64,000 bases of DNA, taken from contig NC_091478.1 in the NCBI RefSeq assembly GCF_036971445.1, positions 79,360,001 to 79,424,000 of the forward strand. The letters are read 5' to 3'. The notes under the pieces are model-generated. The model did no database searches. It was given only the letters and a program-made list of their open reading frames with translations, and was not told where the DNA came from. This document shows, piece by piece, positions 13,623 to 26,019 of the stretch (position 1 is its first letter; every line of letters starts with the position of its first letter). The stretch comes from Narcine bancroftii (taxonomy: Eukaryota). The translations under genes were made by a program, and so were the position numbers.

Positions 13623-15270
13623 ACATCGAAATTTTAAACATATAAATCATTGCACCAAAAAAAATCAGAAGGTGGAATACTTAGCAGAGAGAGAAGAATT
13701 AATGTAGCGGGTTAATGAATTTAATTGGAATTAAGAAAAGTAAAAAAAATAAAAGTTTAGAGATACAGAGAAAAGGAAAGCACAAAGAACTAGAGATTAA
13801 ATGCATTCAAACTTTCCTTGTTTGAAATAGTCAATGGTCTCCTTTACGTATTTTATACCAGTAATGAACCTTTTACAGATTTATTCCAATAGACAGTACT
13901 AACACTGGAAGTTGCATATTTCCTTATGAGGCCATTTTGCCATCAGCTTTATGCCGGCTCACAGGCCAATGCCATTTCCACATAGTTTTTCCCCCTGTGG
14001 TCTATTTTCCCCACATTCCTATCAACTCGTCCAAGATTCTACTACTCATCTACAAACTGGAGGTGATTTACAGTAAGCAATTAGCCTACTAACCCAAGTA
14101 ACTTTGGGTTATGGGAAAAATCTGGAGGATCCACGGGAAACCCATGAAGTTACAGAGAAAACAGACAAATTCCACACATACAGCATTCAAGGAGGCAACT
14201 CCACTAGATGGACTGCTAGGCAGCCAAACGTTGGGGGAAGGGGATGAACACAGTTTTTGATGTTCTACTCTGAAATTCACATTATTGGTTCTTCAGCCAC
14301 AGTCAGCAGCATTTCTGTCCCTCGTCTGCCTGATCTTCTTGACCTTTCACCAAGCAACCTATTCTTCTCATGCCCTCTTAGGGATGCCATAAATCCTCTG
14401 ATATTTTTATTCAATCATTTGCTGAAACTCAGCTACTCCCATGACTGGAAAAGAAAATATTTCTCCTACAAACTTAATTCTTGGCTCTGACTGCTTTGGA
14501 GATGTATTTTTAGTTCTGTGAGATTCATTCCAACTTGAAATTCTAATTATAATTCAAGTTACTGTAGGGTGCAAAACCTATATAACAAACCTTCCTGGAG
14601 ATCACAACAAAAAACTTAATACATTTTCCAAAGCTATGATAGGCAACAAGAGAAGGGAGAAGCAGCAATACTGATTCAGGACGACAGAAGTGACATCTAT
14701 TTCACAGTTCAGCTACAAAAGTGTTTGATTCAACCCATCATCCCTCCGATTTTCACTTCCATGAATAAAAGCAATGTGAAAAAAATTGTAAAGAGATTAA
14801 ATAGAGGAATGACAAGGACAGAGGGATCTAGTGAGGGGAGGAGAATGAAAAAAGGGGAGGAGTGAAAAAGGGAATGACAGTGTGCAGGAAAGGGAGAAGT
14901 AAAGCAAGAGTAATTGATTGTAACAAAGAAGACAAAAGAGTAAGCAAGAGCAGAAGAGGAATAACTAAATGAGCAACAGCAGGTGCATTGAGTCAATCAA
15001 TATATAAATAAGTAGAAGGGAATAATTGGTCCAAAAGCACTTGAAAGGAAAAGATGGTTCAGTGACTAATATGGAACCCATCAATCCAGTGGACGCAACG
15101 CAAGGACTGCTGGTGGGAATAGCCTGGAGTTGCAAAAGTATGATTCTGGACACAACTAATGTCATGCTAAAGTGTAACCAGTTGGCATTTTTACACAAAA
15201 ACCAGAATTATTCTGAAAAAAAAATTTAGCATACTTACTTCCAGTGAGTCCCGATGTGGTCGTTTAACAC

Positions 15271-15489
15271 AGGGGCACTTTTACACAGCTTTCCGATGTT
15301 GGAAAGTTTCTCGGATAGGGAGCATCGTATTTATTAGGCCTGTTTCTTACAGAGTGGTTGTGGTCATTTTACACTGCAGCCGCTCTTTAAAAATATGTAG
15401 GGATCCCATCTTGACATTTTTACACTGTCGTCGGAGCAAAAAAAAATTCAGGAAATTTTCTGCTCTTCAGTGGCTGTGTAAAAGTCCCT
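15271..15489. mobile_element. PIF/Harbinger-like MITE
   Basis: Inverted ends aggggcacttttacacagc and gctgtgtaaaagtccct; internal tttacactg repeats. Confidence 0.65.
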
Positions 15490-15887
15490 AATGATTGATG
15501 AGGATAGGTCACTGCTCTCTGTGCACGAGAACTAGTGGGCACAGCCAGTCATCACATGTACCCACGATGAACATCTGCACAAAACTCTTCTGGTTGTATC
15601 ATGGATTTAAAATATAAAAGTATGCTCCAGCATCATCATCCATTTTGTTATCGGAATGAACACAATTCAGTATCCATCAAAATGTGACAATCAAATCAAT
15701 TGTTGTATATCAGTTCCACACTGAGGAATTATATTGTTCCTCGTCCAACCTTTAGGTTTTACATTTATTGCCAGGTAATGATGATTTTTGTTTTATTTTG
15801 AAATCCTTCCAGCCAAAGCTTCATGAATCCGGCTCTATTTTGTGGAATGTACCATCTAAGACTATGTTTTGCTTTCCTCAGAGGGTT

Positions 15888-16862
15888 GGTTACGGGCCCA
15901 GAGGGCCCCAAAACCCAGCAGCAATAGATATTCACCAAGACAAATGGTTACTTAAACAAAAGTTGCTTTTAATCATCTTTAAACATGAAAACAGGATCAA
16001 ACTTTTAAAACTTATTACTATTAACTTAACTAACCTAACTTAACCCCCTTCTATTTCTAAGCGTATGTAATGTGTGTCTAAGTTTAGAAAAGTTCTTTGA
16101 TTCACAGTCCAACTTCACTTCTCATTCCTCCAAGTTCACTGATTACAGGCAATTCTTATACTGTGCACAGAATTTAACATTTATGAATTTTCACCAGGCT
16201 CTGGTGCTTGAAAGGTAAATGGTTACTGCTCAAGAAGGTTCTTGTCAGTTTTCAGAGAGAGATTTGTTGTTCCTGGACACAGACTGATCCCTTTTAATCA
16301 GCCATGTCAGTGCCTTGCTGAAGAAACTTGCCCCATCAGGGTTTTCCAGGCGATAACCTCTTTTTTCAAGTGAAACATTAGGCAGCCAGTCCTCTTCTCC
16401 TCCTATATGGACCACAAGGGCTTTGAGCAGGCTGAACTAAGCACTCACAACCCGTCTTCAAAATGGTTTTTTTTTCCACAAGCTTGCCAGCTTGTCCTGT
16501 TCCAGTCCCAGCTGCTGCTGCTGAACTGTAAAAACTGCAGAACTGAATTCTCTCTCTCTCCCAGATAAAATCCTGTTTTACTCTTCCTGCTTGCAAAACC
16601 ACATGACCCTCTTAGAACAGCAACCTCCACTCAGACAGACTGCAGCTCCGAGTTCTTTCATCTGTTGCTTTTCAAAACAACGATCCATTAGTGAAGTCCC
16701 TTGGGTACTCCCCTTTTGTAAATGTATTTGGAGCTTGCCTGTCTAACTTGAGCAGAGCTCCAGTATTTTAAATGAGGTCTGTTTTGAAGTGTTTGTATGT
16801 GACTTATACTAAAAAAAACCTGCCACACTTTATCTCCCAAAATCTTATCATATTCTGTCACA
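15888..16862 (-). mobile_element. Solo LTR with 4-bp target site duplication GGTT
   Basis: Ends (g)gttacggg...tgtcaca; GGTT at 15884-15887 and 16863-16866; homologous to 56007-56857. Confidence 0.85.
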
Positions 16863-17317
16863 GGTTTCTCTTCACGTATTCAAAAGAATTTGTTCAATTA
16901 GGCCAGCTCACTGACCTCGACCTTCCGGCTAAGATTTTAAACTACTTTAATAAAGATTATTGATAAACTCCTCAGCAATGACAAAAAAAATTAAAGTCTG
17001 AAAATAGAAAGCTGGAAGAAACACCAGAAAATACAAACCACAATCCTTCATGTATGTGTTTGTTCTAAAGGTAGACTAAATAGCAAAATCTCACATCCGT
17101 GTTTTTCTCTCTGCTGAAACTGACCCCCATTTTGCTTTTTTTCAGCATTTTCGATTATTTATTCAGGTACAAACAAGTGACTTTAGATCTGTGACAGAGA
17201 ATATTCTCTGACATTTCAAGCAGCTTATTATTTGACACAGAGACTTGAAATAACTCATCTATGCTTGTAAATCACAACTAAAATAATAGGGTTTCCAGTG
17301 GAGAAAGCATAGCAAGA

Positions 17318-17948
<631 letters not shown>

Positions 17949-18774
17949 TCAGCAACCTGGGTTGGGGATGGGAGGAGAGCAGAGATAAAATATCTTTTTT
18001 CCTGAATGAACATTTCTTTCTTTGTATACATCACTCTATTTTGTATTCGTATCTTTTCTGAGTACAGTCTTTTGCACTACCAATAAATAGAAATTCTGCC
18101 TGGCACACAGGAAAAGGAATCTCAGGGTTGTATGTGACATCATGTATATACTCTTGACTATAAATTTGAACTTTGAATGTTCCTCTGCGAGTCTCCAAAT
18201 TTTCAGCAACAATGCATCATTATGTCACCTTTAAGGAAGGGAAAATACTAGAGAGATGAAATCAGAAAGAATTGGATGCAGAGTCAAAGGTAATAATGGG
18301 AGTGAAATGAAGGCGACTGGAAGTCGTGTCACAAATGAGTGTTAAGGTCAGAGTGTCAGAGAATAGGAAGGAAGTTCCAGAATTTAGCTGGTAGAGATGA
18401 CAATAGTGGGATTGTGGGTAGGAGGGGGTGGGAAACAGATTTTCTGATACCAGAGGAGGATATGGGATATAGCAAACCTATATAGCAAAGGAGAGAAGTG
18501 ATTAAACAAGTGAATATATTAAACACTGAAACGAGGTTTCCTGAAAAGATAAGATGAAATTCTCAGAGTGTTCCTTTGGTTTAAACATAGAACAAATCAC
18601 CCAAAGTGTCCCCTCTTTTCTTTTCCCAGCTCTCACAGATGTAAAGATGAGAAAGAACAGACTTTTGAATGAGTTGTATGCAAGCAAGACAGATTAGTGT
18701 CTTGTGTTTGGGTTCATTTTAAAATAGGTTTTCATTCTACCAACAGAAAAACTAGAGAACTGAGAAATCAATAT

Positions 18775-19340
18775 CACTGGACAACAAAGGTTTTGCTTCC
18801 TGAACACTTTTAGGTGTATTTTTATGGATTTTAGGCTGCTGATCATTAATAATCCCTTAAAAATTTCCTATCACATACAGTTTAGATATAACCTATTTTT
18901 GTGATTTTCTTTCGTATTTTGTCTACTTCAAGCAAACAAAATCATGAAATGCAGCATGTGATTGAAAATTAATTTTTTTGCATTCGCACTTGGACCTCTT
19001 TCCTGCTGACCTTGGTGGAGTCAGTGTCGAACATGGTGAAAGGTTTCACCAGGACATTGCGACCCTGGAATCCATCAATGCTAGCCTATTATTATTGGAC
19101 AGTGAATCAGATGCTGAGCACAAATTAAAATCAGCGGGAAAACATTTTTAAGTCAGTTGATCTAAGGCAAAGTGTCAGCATCATTATGCAATTAAACATG
19201 CTAAATTCAATAAAAGTTAATTTAATGCATCTCAAACTTCCTATGAGATACAGCAAATATGAAATTAGCTAGAAGTTGTCTCTCGTAATCCATAATTTTT
19301 TTCAGGACGCAAACCCTTTGAAGAAAATTGTTGTCCAGTA
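18775..19340 (+). mobile_element. Internally deleted DNA transposon, probably Chapaev3-type (CMC superfamily)
   Basis: Inverted ends cactggacaacaa and ttgttgtccagta; internal transposase remnant LFPADLGGVSVEHGERFHQDIATLE at about 18995-19070. Confidence 0.7.
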
Positions 19341-20116
19341 TAATCTGTTCAGTTCACAAAGAACCCCTTTTTGTCCATTCTTACTTTAACCCAATGTAAA
19401 ATGCTTAAGTACAAGATGCTCAACAACAAATGGAAAATAATAGCATCATATCATTCAGACAGAGAGATTTGAAAGTTAGTTTTACCTTGCCTCATCTTTA
19501 GCTCATAAAATTGAATGTAAATGATTGACTTGGTTAGCAAACCACCTGATTAGAAAAGACTCCAGAGTTGGGTTAAAAAAAAACTGACAGGATATAACTA
19601 ATAGAAGTTATGTCCAACTGTATTCAATGGTGATAATCAAGGGTTAATGTTGGGGCCATAACTATATTCCGCATTTCCAAATATCTGAGATGATGGGACA
19701 GAGAATAGAAACAATATTTTAAAAAAGTCATTTTGATTGCAGTTAATTATAGAAAAAGATCAAAGATGGTATGTTATTTTAACTGCAGAATCCGTATTAT
19801 TTGTATTCTTTAATTCCTTGATTTTTTTGATTGACCAATTATTGGATTTATATGTAAAACATGCAATACCAATTTTGTTCAGTATCATTAAGTGGAGGAA
19901 TTGATAAACCCCAATTATTTAAAAAAAAAATCAAAACTATCAAGATCACATCTGAATTCATCTGTACACAAAACTGCAGCTGTTGATGTAAACAGATGTA
20001 ACTGCAACAATTATTGGTTAACCTGCAATAGTAGGGGCTCCAAGACAGACATAACTGCACACATTCATAAAAAATAAAAATATTGCAAGATTACAAATTT
20101 TAAGAGTTATTTCCAT

Positions 20117-20332
20117 GGGGTGAAACAGTTAGCATAGTTGTTACCGCAATGCTCTCAAAGTGCCAGCAACCTGGGTTTGAATCCGACGCTGTCTGAAAGG
20201 AGTTTGTACGTTCTCCCTGTGTCTGTGTGGGTTTTCTCCTATCATTCAAAACTTATCGGGGCTGTAGGTCATTTGGGTGTAATTGGGTGGCATGGGCTTC
20301 CATGCTGTATGTATGTGTAAATTAAATTAAAT
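20117..20332 (+). mobile_element. V-SINE-like element; other copies at about 13930-14220(-), 28470-28693(-), 29640-29850(+), 36143-36360(+), 42378-42622(+) and 52920-53143(-)
   Basis: Shared core gtctgtaaggagtttgtacattctccc..gtgtgggttttc downstream of a tRNA-like B box (ggtttgaatcc). Confidence 0.75.
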
Positions 20333-21726
20333 TTGAGAGATCTAAGCAGAACTGCATTAGTAGATAAACCTACTTTCCAAATGTCATAATATGATAAGAG
20401 TGCATACAGGAAACCTCAAGTAACTTCAAATTTAGGTTTATGGTCACAATAAGATAGTCACGAATTTCTTCAATAAAATATTAAAGTCTGGATTTCAGAA
20501 AAAATCTGTATATTAAAGTATAATTAGCACCAGCAAATGTTAAGGCAAGAAAGTTAGTTAATTGATATGAAAAAAAATCAAATAAAATTAGATTAATTAC
20601 AAAATAACAAAGGAACTACATGGGTTCAAGCAATTAAAAAAGTTTGTACTAGAATAGTCACGTTAGTACAATTCCAGCACAATTTAACCATTGACTTAAA
20701 GGAAAACTATGCAAAGTATGTTTAATAATGAATAAATTAATATTTAACAAATATTGGATCAAAATGTTCACAAGCATTTGATAAGCTTGAAATGTTATTA
20801 CAAATTATAGTCTGCAAACAAACAAAACAAAATATTGTGAAAGCTGGGAATCCAAAATAAAACATGCTTAAAAAAAAATCGAGCAGATCTGAAGAGAAAG
20901 CAAGAGAATTAAAATTTAAGATTAATGCAAACAACATATTGAGGGAAGCAGAGAAGGGGAGGAAATTTGACATAATCTGAAATGCTGTACTGCAAGTCAA
21001 AAGGATGGAAAAGGACCAAAGGTCATCCTGAGCTAACTGTAAACAGCAGAATCACTGTAAAAATAAAAGCACCATTTACTTTGTTATCTCTGATTTATGG
21101 ATAACCTATTGAATCCTTTTACTAAACTGTCATGCAACATTAATCTTGAAATTAAAACAAAAAAATCTCAGATTTACTCAGAGGCAGCAGGCACATGTGG
21201 AGCAAAAACATAGACAATGTTTCAGGTTTGTTATCTTTCAGCAGATGTTAATTGAAGAGCTAAAATTGTGGATTAAAATAGAAAATGCCACAGAAGAATA
21301 GTTTGACTGAAAGGTACTGAAGCAAAAAAAAACAAAGTTCCTCTCTCCAAAGATCTTGCCCAACCTCCTCAATATTTCCAGCATTTTTGTTTTATTTTAG
21401 AGTTCGAAAAGCAAGGATAAAGCAACTATCGGAAGCGTTCATTCACAGGAAAGGTATCTAAAACTCGAGGGCGTTGTTGGTTCAAGGTTGAGACGGGACC
21501 CGGAGAAGAACCAGGACGGTGCCACCACACTCTGCCCGAGTGGAGGTGAAGGCTCCTACCCCATTGACGAAGAATTTGAACGAGCACTGAGATCAGACCC
21601 AGGTGCTGCTGAATGAGATTGGGCAGCAAGGTGTTTGAAGGGTCGGGATCCAATCTGGATCCAATCCAGATGGACATGGGTCAAATCTGAGAACCGATTA
21701 AAAACAAGACTCCTCTCGGTTTACTC

Positions 21727-21831
21727 CAGTAGTTCTCAACGTTTGTTCCCACTTACTTCCCACCTGAAGTAACCCCTTCCTAACCACCTACGCCATGGGA
21801 TGCTCTGAAGTGAGTAGGGGTTGAGAACCAG
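21727..21831. mobile_element. Short hAT-like MITE next to the promoter
   Basis: cagtagttctcaac...gttgagaacca ends; tttactc repeated on both flanks; same family as 24414-24750 and 38419-38796. Confidence 0.7.
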
Positions 21832-21884
21832 TTTTACTCCAGATCATCTCGTTCAAAACGAATTTGTTCTTTCTTTAATCTTAC

Positions 21885-21960
21885 TTGCAACACCGCGTCC
21901 ACTCGGAAATGAGCTGGTCGAGTTTTCGGGGCGGCACTGACACAAAATCCGGACTTGAAG
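21885..21960 (-). other. DUS2: Probable non-coding first exon of DUS2 (5' boundary unknown)
   Basis: Minus-strand donor gcaa/gtaaga at 21884, at the edge of the CpG island; the first coding exon has a splice acceptor, so an upstream exon is needed. Confidence 0.55.
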
Positions 21961-22162
21961 CCGTGTTTTAAAACGCGTATAAAGGCATCCCCCGCTTAAC
22001 GTGGAAGCCAGGCTCGCTCTTCAGCGCGGGGCGCATGCGCCAAGGAGCACGTGGACAGAGAGGCTGCTTCGCATGCGCCAAGGAGCACGTGGACAGAGAG
22101 GCTGCTTCGCTTCCGCCTGCCGGACCAATCGCGTCCAGCGCGGACGAGCTGCCCCGCCCGCC
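21890..22162. promoter_or_regulatory. CpG-island bidirectional promoter shared by DUS2 and DDX28, with NRF1 motifs, E-boxes, a CCAAT box and a GC box
   Basis: Sharp rise in CpG content; GCGCATGCGC at 22031-22040, CGCATGCGC at 22070-22078, CACGTG at 22048 and 22086, CCAAT at 22125, GCCCCGCCC at 22151; divergent genes on each side. Confidence 0.8.
22032..22110. repeat. Perfect 38-bp tandem duplication (about 2.1 copies)
   Basis: cgcatgcgccaaggagcacgtggacagagaggctgctt at 22032-22069 and 22070-22107. Confidence 0.95.
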
Positions 22163-23791
22163 ATGTTGGCCCTTGGGTCGGCGGTTCTTCCTCAGCCGCG
22201 GTGTCCGACTGCGCGGCTCGGGGTGCTGCTGTGGGAGGGCCTGAGGACGCGATGCTCGGCCTCCCGGGCGTCGCCCGCCGACGAGCGGCTACCCGTCATC
22301 TGCGCACCTCAGCGGCCGCGGCAGAAGCGCGGGGCGCCGGCACTGAGCCTGGCCAGGCCTGGGCGCCTGCTCATCGTGGGCAAGAGGCCTCATCTGAACC
22401 AGCGCGCCGGCCACGTCTTCGGCAAGTTGGACCCGGTGCCGCTGGTCTCCAAGGGCTGGAAGCACCGGAAGGCGGCCGGGGATTACTTCGTCATCAACAA
22501 CACCCGCAGCCGGCCGCCGGCTCTGCCGGGCGCCGAGGAGCAGAAGCCCGGACGGGAGGCGAGGAGTTTCCGCTCGCTGGGGCTGTGCGATGAGCTGTGC
22601 GGCGCCCTGTCCCGGATGGGCATCGTCCGACCCACACGAGTGCAAGAACACACCATGGCGGCCCTGCTGAGGGGGAAGAACGTGTTGAGTGCCGCCGAGA
22701 CCGGCAGTGGCAAGACCCTGAGCTACCTGCTGCCTCTGATGCACGCCTTGATCTCAGGGAGCCGGGACGCCGGCGGGGACGGGCCGCGTGGCCTGGTGCT
22801 GCTGCCTTCCCGGGAGCTGACCGATCAGGTCCGGGAGGTGGCCCGATCGCTGGCCTCCGACCTCCACCTGAACGTGCAGGCGATCGGGGGAGGCCGCGGG
22901 TTGGGCAAGGTGAAGCTAGCCGTCTCCAGGGGAAAGATCGACCTCCTGATCTCCACTCCAGGAGTCCTATGCAAGGCATTGAAACGAGACTTTGTCAGCC
23001 TGCACGACTTGATCTACCTGGTGTTGGACGAGGCAGACTCCCTGTTTGATGACAGCTTTGTGCCATTGCTGGAAGACATACTCGTCCAGACCCAAATCGT
23101 TTCCAATGCCTCAGAAACTCAGGGAGTGGATAAGAAAGCTCAGTTGGTGGTGACAGGGGCCACTTTCCCAGGTGGTGTGGGAGAACTTCTCAGCAAAGTC
23201 ACTGATTTAGGCAGCATTACCACCATAAAGAGCAAGGGGCTTCATCACCTCATGCCACACGTAAAACAGAAATTTATGAAGGTGAAGCGAGCTGATAAAG
23301 TGCCCGATTTCCTGCAAATGTTGAAGGAGCTACTTGTAAAAAGACCTGGCATTGGAATCCTGGTGTTCTGCAACAATGCAGCAACAGTTAATTGGCTTGG
23401 GTACGTCTTGGAAGACCATTCTATCAAACACTCCCGGCTGCAGGGGAATATGGAAGCTGAAAAGCGAGCTGGCATCTTTTGCGCTTTCCAGCAGGGTCTG
23501 GTTGATGTCCTACTTTGCACAGACATTGCTTCCAGGGGATTGGACACTCAGAGGGTGGAAATTGTAATTAATTATGATTTCCCACTAACCTTATGTGATT
23601 ATATCCATAGAGCTGGGAGGGTGGGGCGTGTTGGGAGCAAGGTTTTGGGTACTGTTATTAGCTTTGTTGCACACCCATGGGATGTTGAACTGGTACAACA
23701 AATTGAAACTTCAGCTCGCCAAAAAGTTATACTCCCTGGTATGGAATCCAAAATCAAGGAATTTGTGAGGAAAAACTTAGCAGAATTATGA
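22163..23791 (+). CDS. DDX28: Probable ATP-dependent RNA helicase DDX28 (mitochondrial DEAD-box), single exon, 542 aa
   Basis: AETGSGKT, LDEAD, GAT, TDIASRGLD and HRAGRVGR motifs; PLVSKGWKHR..GDYF N-terminal segment; Kozak gcccgccATG at 22163; intronless and divergent from DUS2, as in other vertebrates. Confidence 0.96.
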   Translation: MLALGSAVLPQPRCPTARLGVLLWEGLRTRCSASRASPADERLPVICAPQRPRQKRGAPALSLARPGRLLIVGKRPHLNQRAGHVFGKLDPVPLVSKGWKHRKAAGDYFVINNTRSRPPALPGAEEQKPGREARSFRSLGLCDELCGALSRMGIVRPTRVQEHTMAALLRGKNVLSAAETGSGKTLSYLLPLMHALISGSRDAGGDGPRGLVLLPSRELTDQVREVARSLASDLHLNVQAIGGGRGLGKVKLAVSRGKIDLLISTPGVLCKALKRDFVSLHDLIYLVLDEADSLFDDSFVPLLEDILVQTQIVSNASETQGVDKKAQLVVTGATFPGGVGELLSKVTDLGSITTIKSKGLHHLMPHVKQKFMKVKRADKVPDFLQMLKELLVKRPGIGILVFCNNAATVNWLGYVLEDHSIKHSRLQGNMEAEKRAGIFCAFQQGLVDVLLCTDIASRGLDTQRVEIVINYDFPLTLCDYIHRAGRVGRVGSKVLGTVISFVAHPWDVELVQQIETSARQKVILPGMESKIKEFVRKNLAEL

Positions 23792-24413
23792 AAATTCAGA
23801 TCTGCAGACTGACAAATTAAAATAATAGCTGTACAGTTTTTGTAAATTCATTCTTAAGTAAACTGCATAAATTATTTATAAACTTGTGATTCTTGGAGCA
23901 TACAAAGTAGTAACTATGCATGAGAAAGGAGGAATCCATATTGGTCAAGATCTCCTCACATGTAGTGCGAGGAAGTCTTTTGAGTGAGATATTAAATTAG
24001 TTTGGAAGAGTGATTTTCCACTTCTCTGTCAGACTTTCTTAACCCCTCCAGTTTTTCCTGATGTTGTTGGATCTTAATAATTTGTTGTCCTATTTTGTGT
24101 TGAATACATACCCTCTTTTGAGGGTCTTACTGTGAATTTCAAAGTACAAGGCAAGTGGGTGATGATGGGCAAATGATTCATGAGTGGGCAAATTTCATCT
24201 TTGCTGACTTATTCTTTGAGAACAGTTTCTGTACTAAAGTAATTTTTAGGACTAGTTTATCCCATTCTAATAATCAGGGTAACATTTGACAATACAAGTT
24301 GACACTTTTTTTGAAACAAGAACTTTCAAAAGTGAGAGTTTTCTGCTCAACTTGTCGCTGCTGGCCAATTTGTCTATCTGAGCTAGTCCCATTTGGCTTG
24401 CATCCCTCTAAAC

Positions 24414-24750
24414 CAGGGGTGAACAACCTTTTTTAAAAAAAAAACTTCCTTGCCGTCATAAGTATTTCCTATGCCATAAATGCTCTGATTAGTAAGGGAT
24501 TGCTTAAGGTGGTATGAGTAGAAAAAAAGTTTGAAAACCACTGTTAATAGTATCTAATTGGTTCATTATGTGCACTGTTTCATAACTCCAAAGGAAATGG
24601 CCAATTCATCTCAAGCAAAATATTTCAGTTACAATTGGGTCTAGAGCAGTGGTTTGCAACCTTATTTTGCCCCCTCTCAAACCACCTTAAGAAATCCCTT
24701 ACCAATCAGAGCACTTATGGCATAGGGAATACTTGAGGTGGTATGGGACT
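24414..24750. mobile_element. hAT-like MITE
   Basis: Homologous to 38419-38796 (gtttcataactccaaaggaaatgg core, internal palindromes). Confidence 0.75.
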
Positions 24751-26019
24751 TAAATGTTGTAATCGTGCTTGCCACTACCACTGCTTTGGACAGCTCATTC
24801 AATGTGACCACTTTCCTCTGGTCCACTATTAAATATTTCCTTGTGCCCTCTAAATATGTCACCCCACAGCTGCCTCTGCTCCAAAGGCAAAAAATGATCA
24901 ACACTCCTTAAAGCACAAGCCTTCCTGACCCAGTAACATTCTTGTGAATCTTTTCACCTGTTCCAGCTTGATTATGTCCTTTCAGGAGTGGGAGATGATA
25001 ACATAGTTTTAAAGATGTGGGAATTTCATTGATGACAGTAAGGATTAGCTGTAATTTTTCCCTTTAAATTTATTTTGAATAACTATTAGTCTTCCAGGGA
25101 GGTCTGACATTTTCAGATCATTTTGAAGAAATTAATTGTACATAGGATTCATGACTAATTCTCCCTTTTGGATCTCCTGGTCATATGTGGGAATGCTGCA
25201 AGGTGTCACTAGGACATCCAGTAATTTATCATTCAGCACTAATGCATGGGTACTTGTTCCATTTGAGGGTGGTGACTAATGAGTGCATTTCTATTGAAAA
25301 AAAAAATCTGACTTCTAAAAGTAAATTCACCTGACTGCAAGAGGTCTTGTGTTACGAAATTTGAAATTCCCATTTATGCAGAAGCTATAGCATTGCAGGC
25401 CATTACATCACACAAAGTGAGGCCAAGCACCATAAATGGCCGTGATGCTTTACTACTTGATGACCTGAACACCTTTTATTCTTGCTTTGAGAATTCCTGC
25501 AGATGCTTCTGACCCTGTGATATCTGCCAGTGTAGTGTTTTCAAACTGCCTTGTAAAATGGGGTTAACCCCAGCGTTGTCCAAAGTCATCCGGGTCTCTG
25601 CCCTACCTCTGAAGTAGTCTGGGAACCCAGTTAAACTTACCCAGGACACGTCGACTGGTGGCTTGAACAGCAATAAAAATATTATTGTGATGTCAGCGCA
25701 TAAGCGCTGACATCACAGGGAAACCCCGGCTGAAGTGTCTGTAGTGATCAAAGGAGAGAGGACAGGGGTTGCTGCCGCAGGGTGGGGTGGGGGGGGGGGG
25801 AAGGAGAGGGGTTGGCTGCCGTGGGGGCAGAGATTGGGGGATGGGGAGACTAGTTTGCGTGACGTGTTGCTTACGGCGTCATTGTGGGGGGCGGGATCCC
25901 CTTAAATGTTGGCGATTTAGTGGGGCTATCCCCCTCGGCTTAAAAGGTGCTGGAAGCACCTTTGCCCCACTAATTGCACCTGGGTCCCAGGAGGGCTACC
26001 TGAGTGCTGCATCGTAAAA

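Noticed and set aside
22001-22162. 596-aa version of DDX28 starting at GTG 22001
   Set aside because: The start is GTG and runs through promoter motifs; the ATG at 22163 has a good Kozak context and gives the expected size of about 540 aa.
22051-23049. Several overlapping ORFs in other frames and on the minus strand
   Set aside because: Expected by-product of high GC content within DDX28; no recognisable domains.
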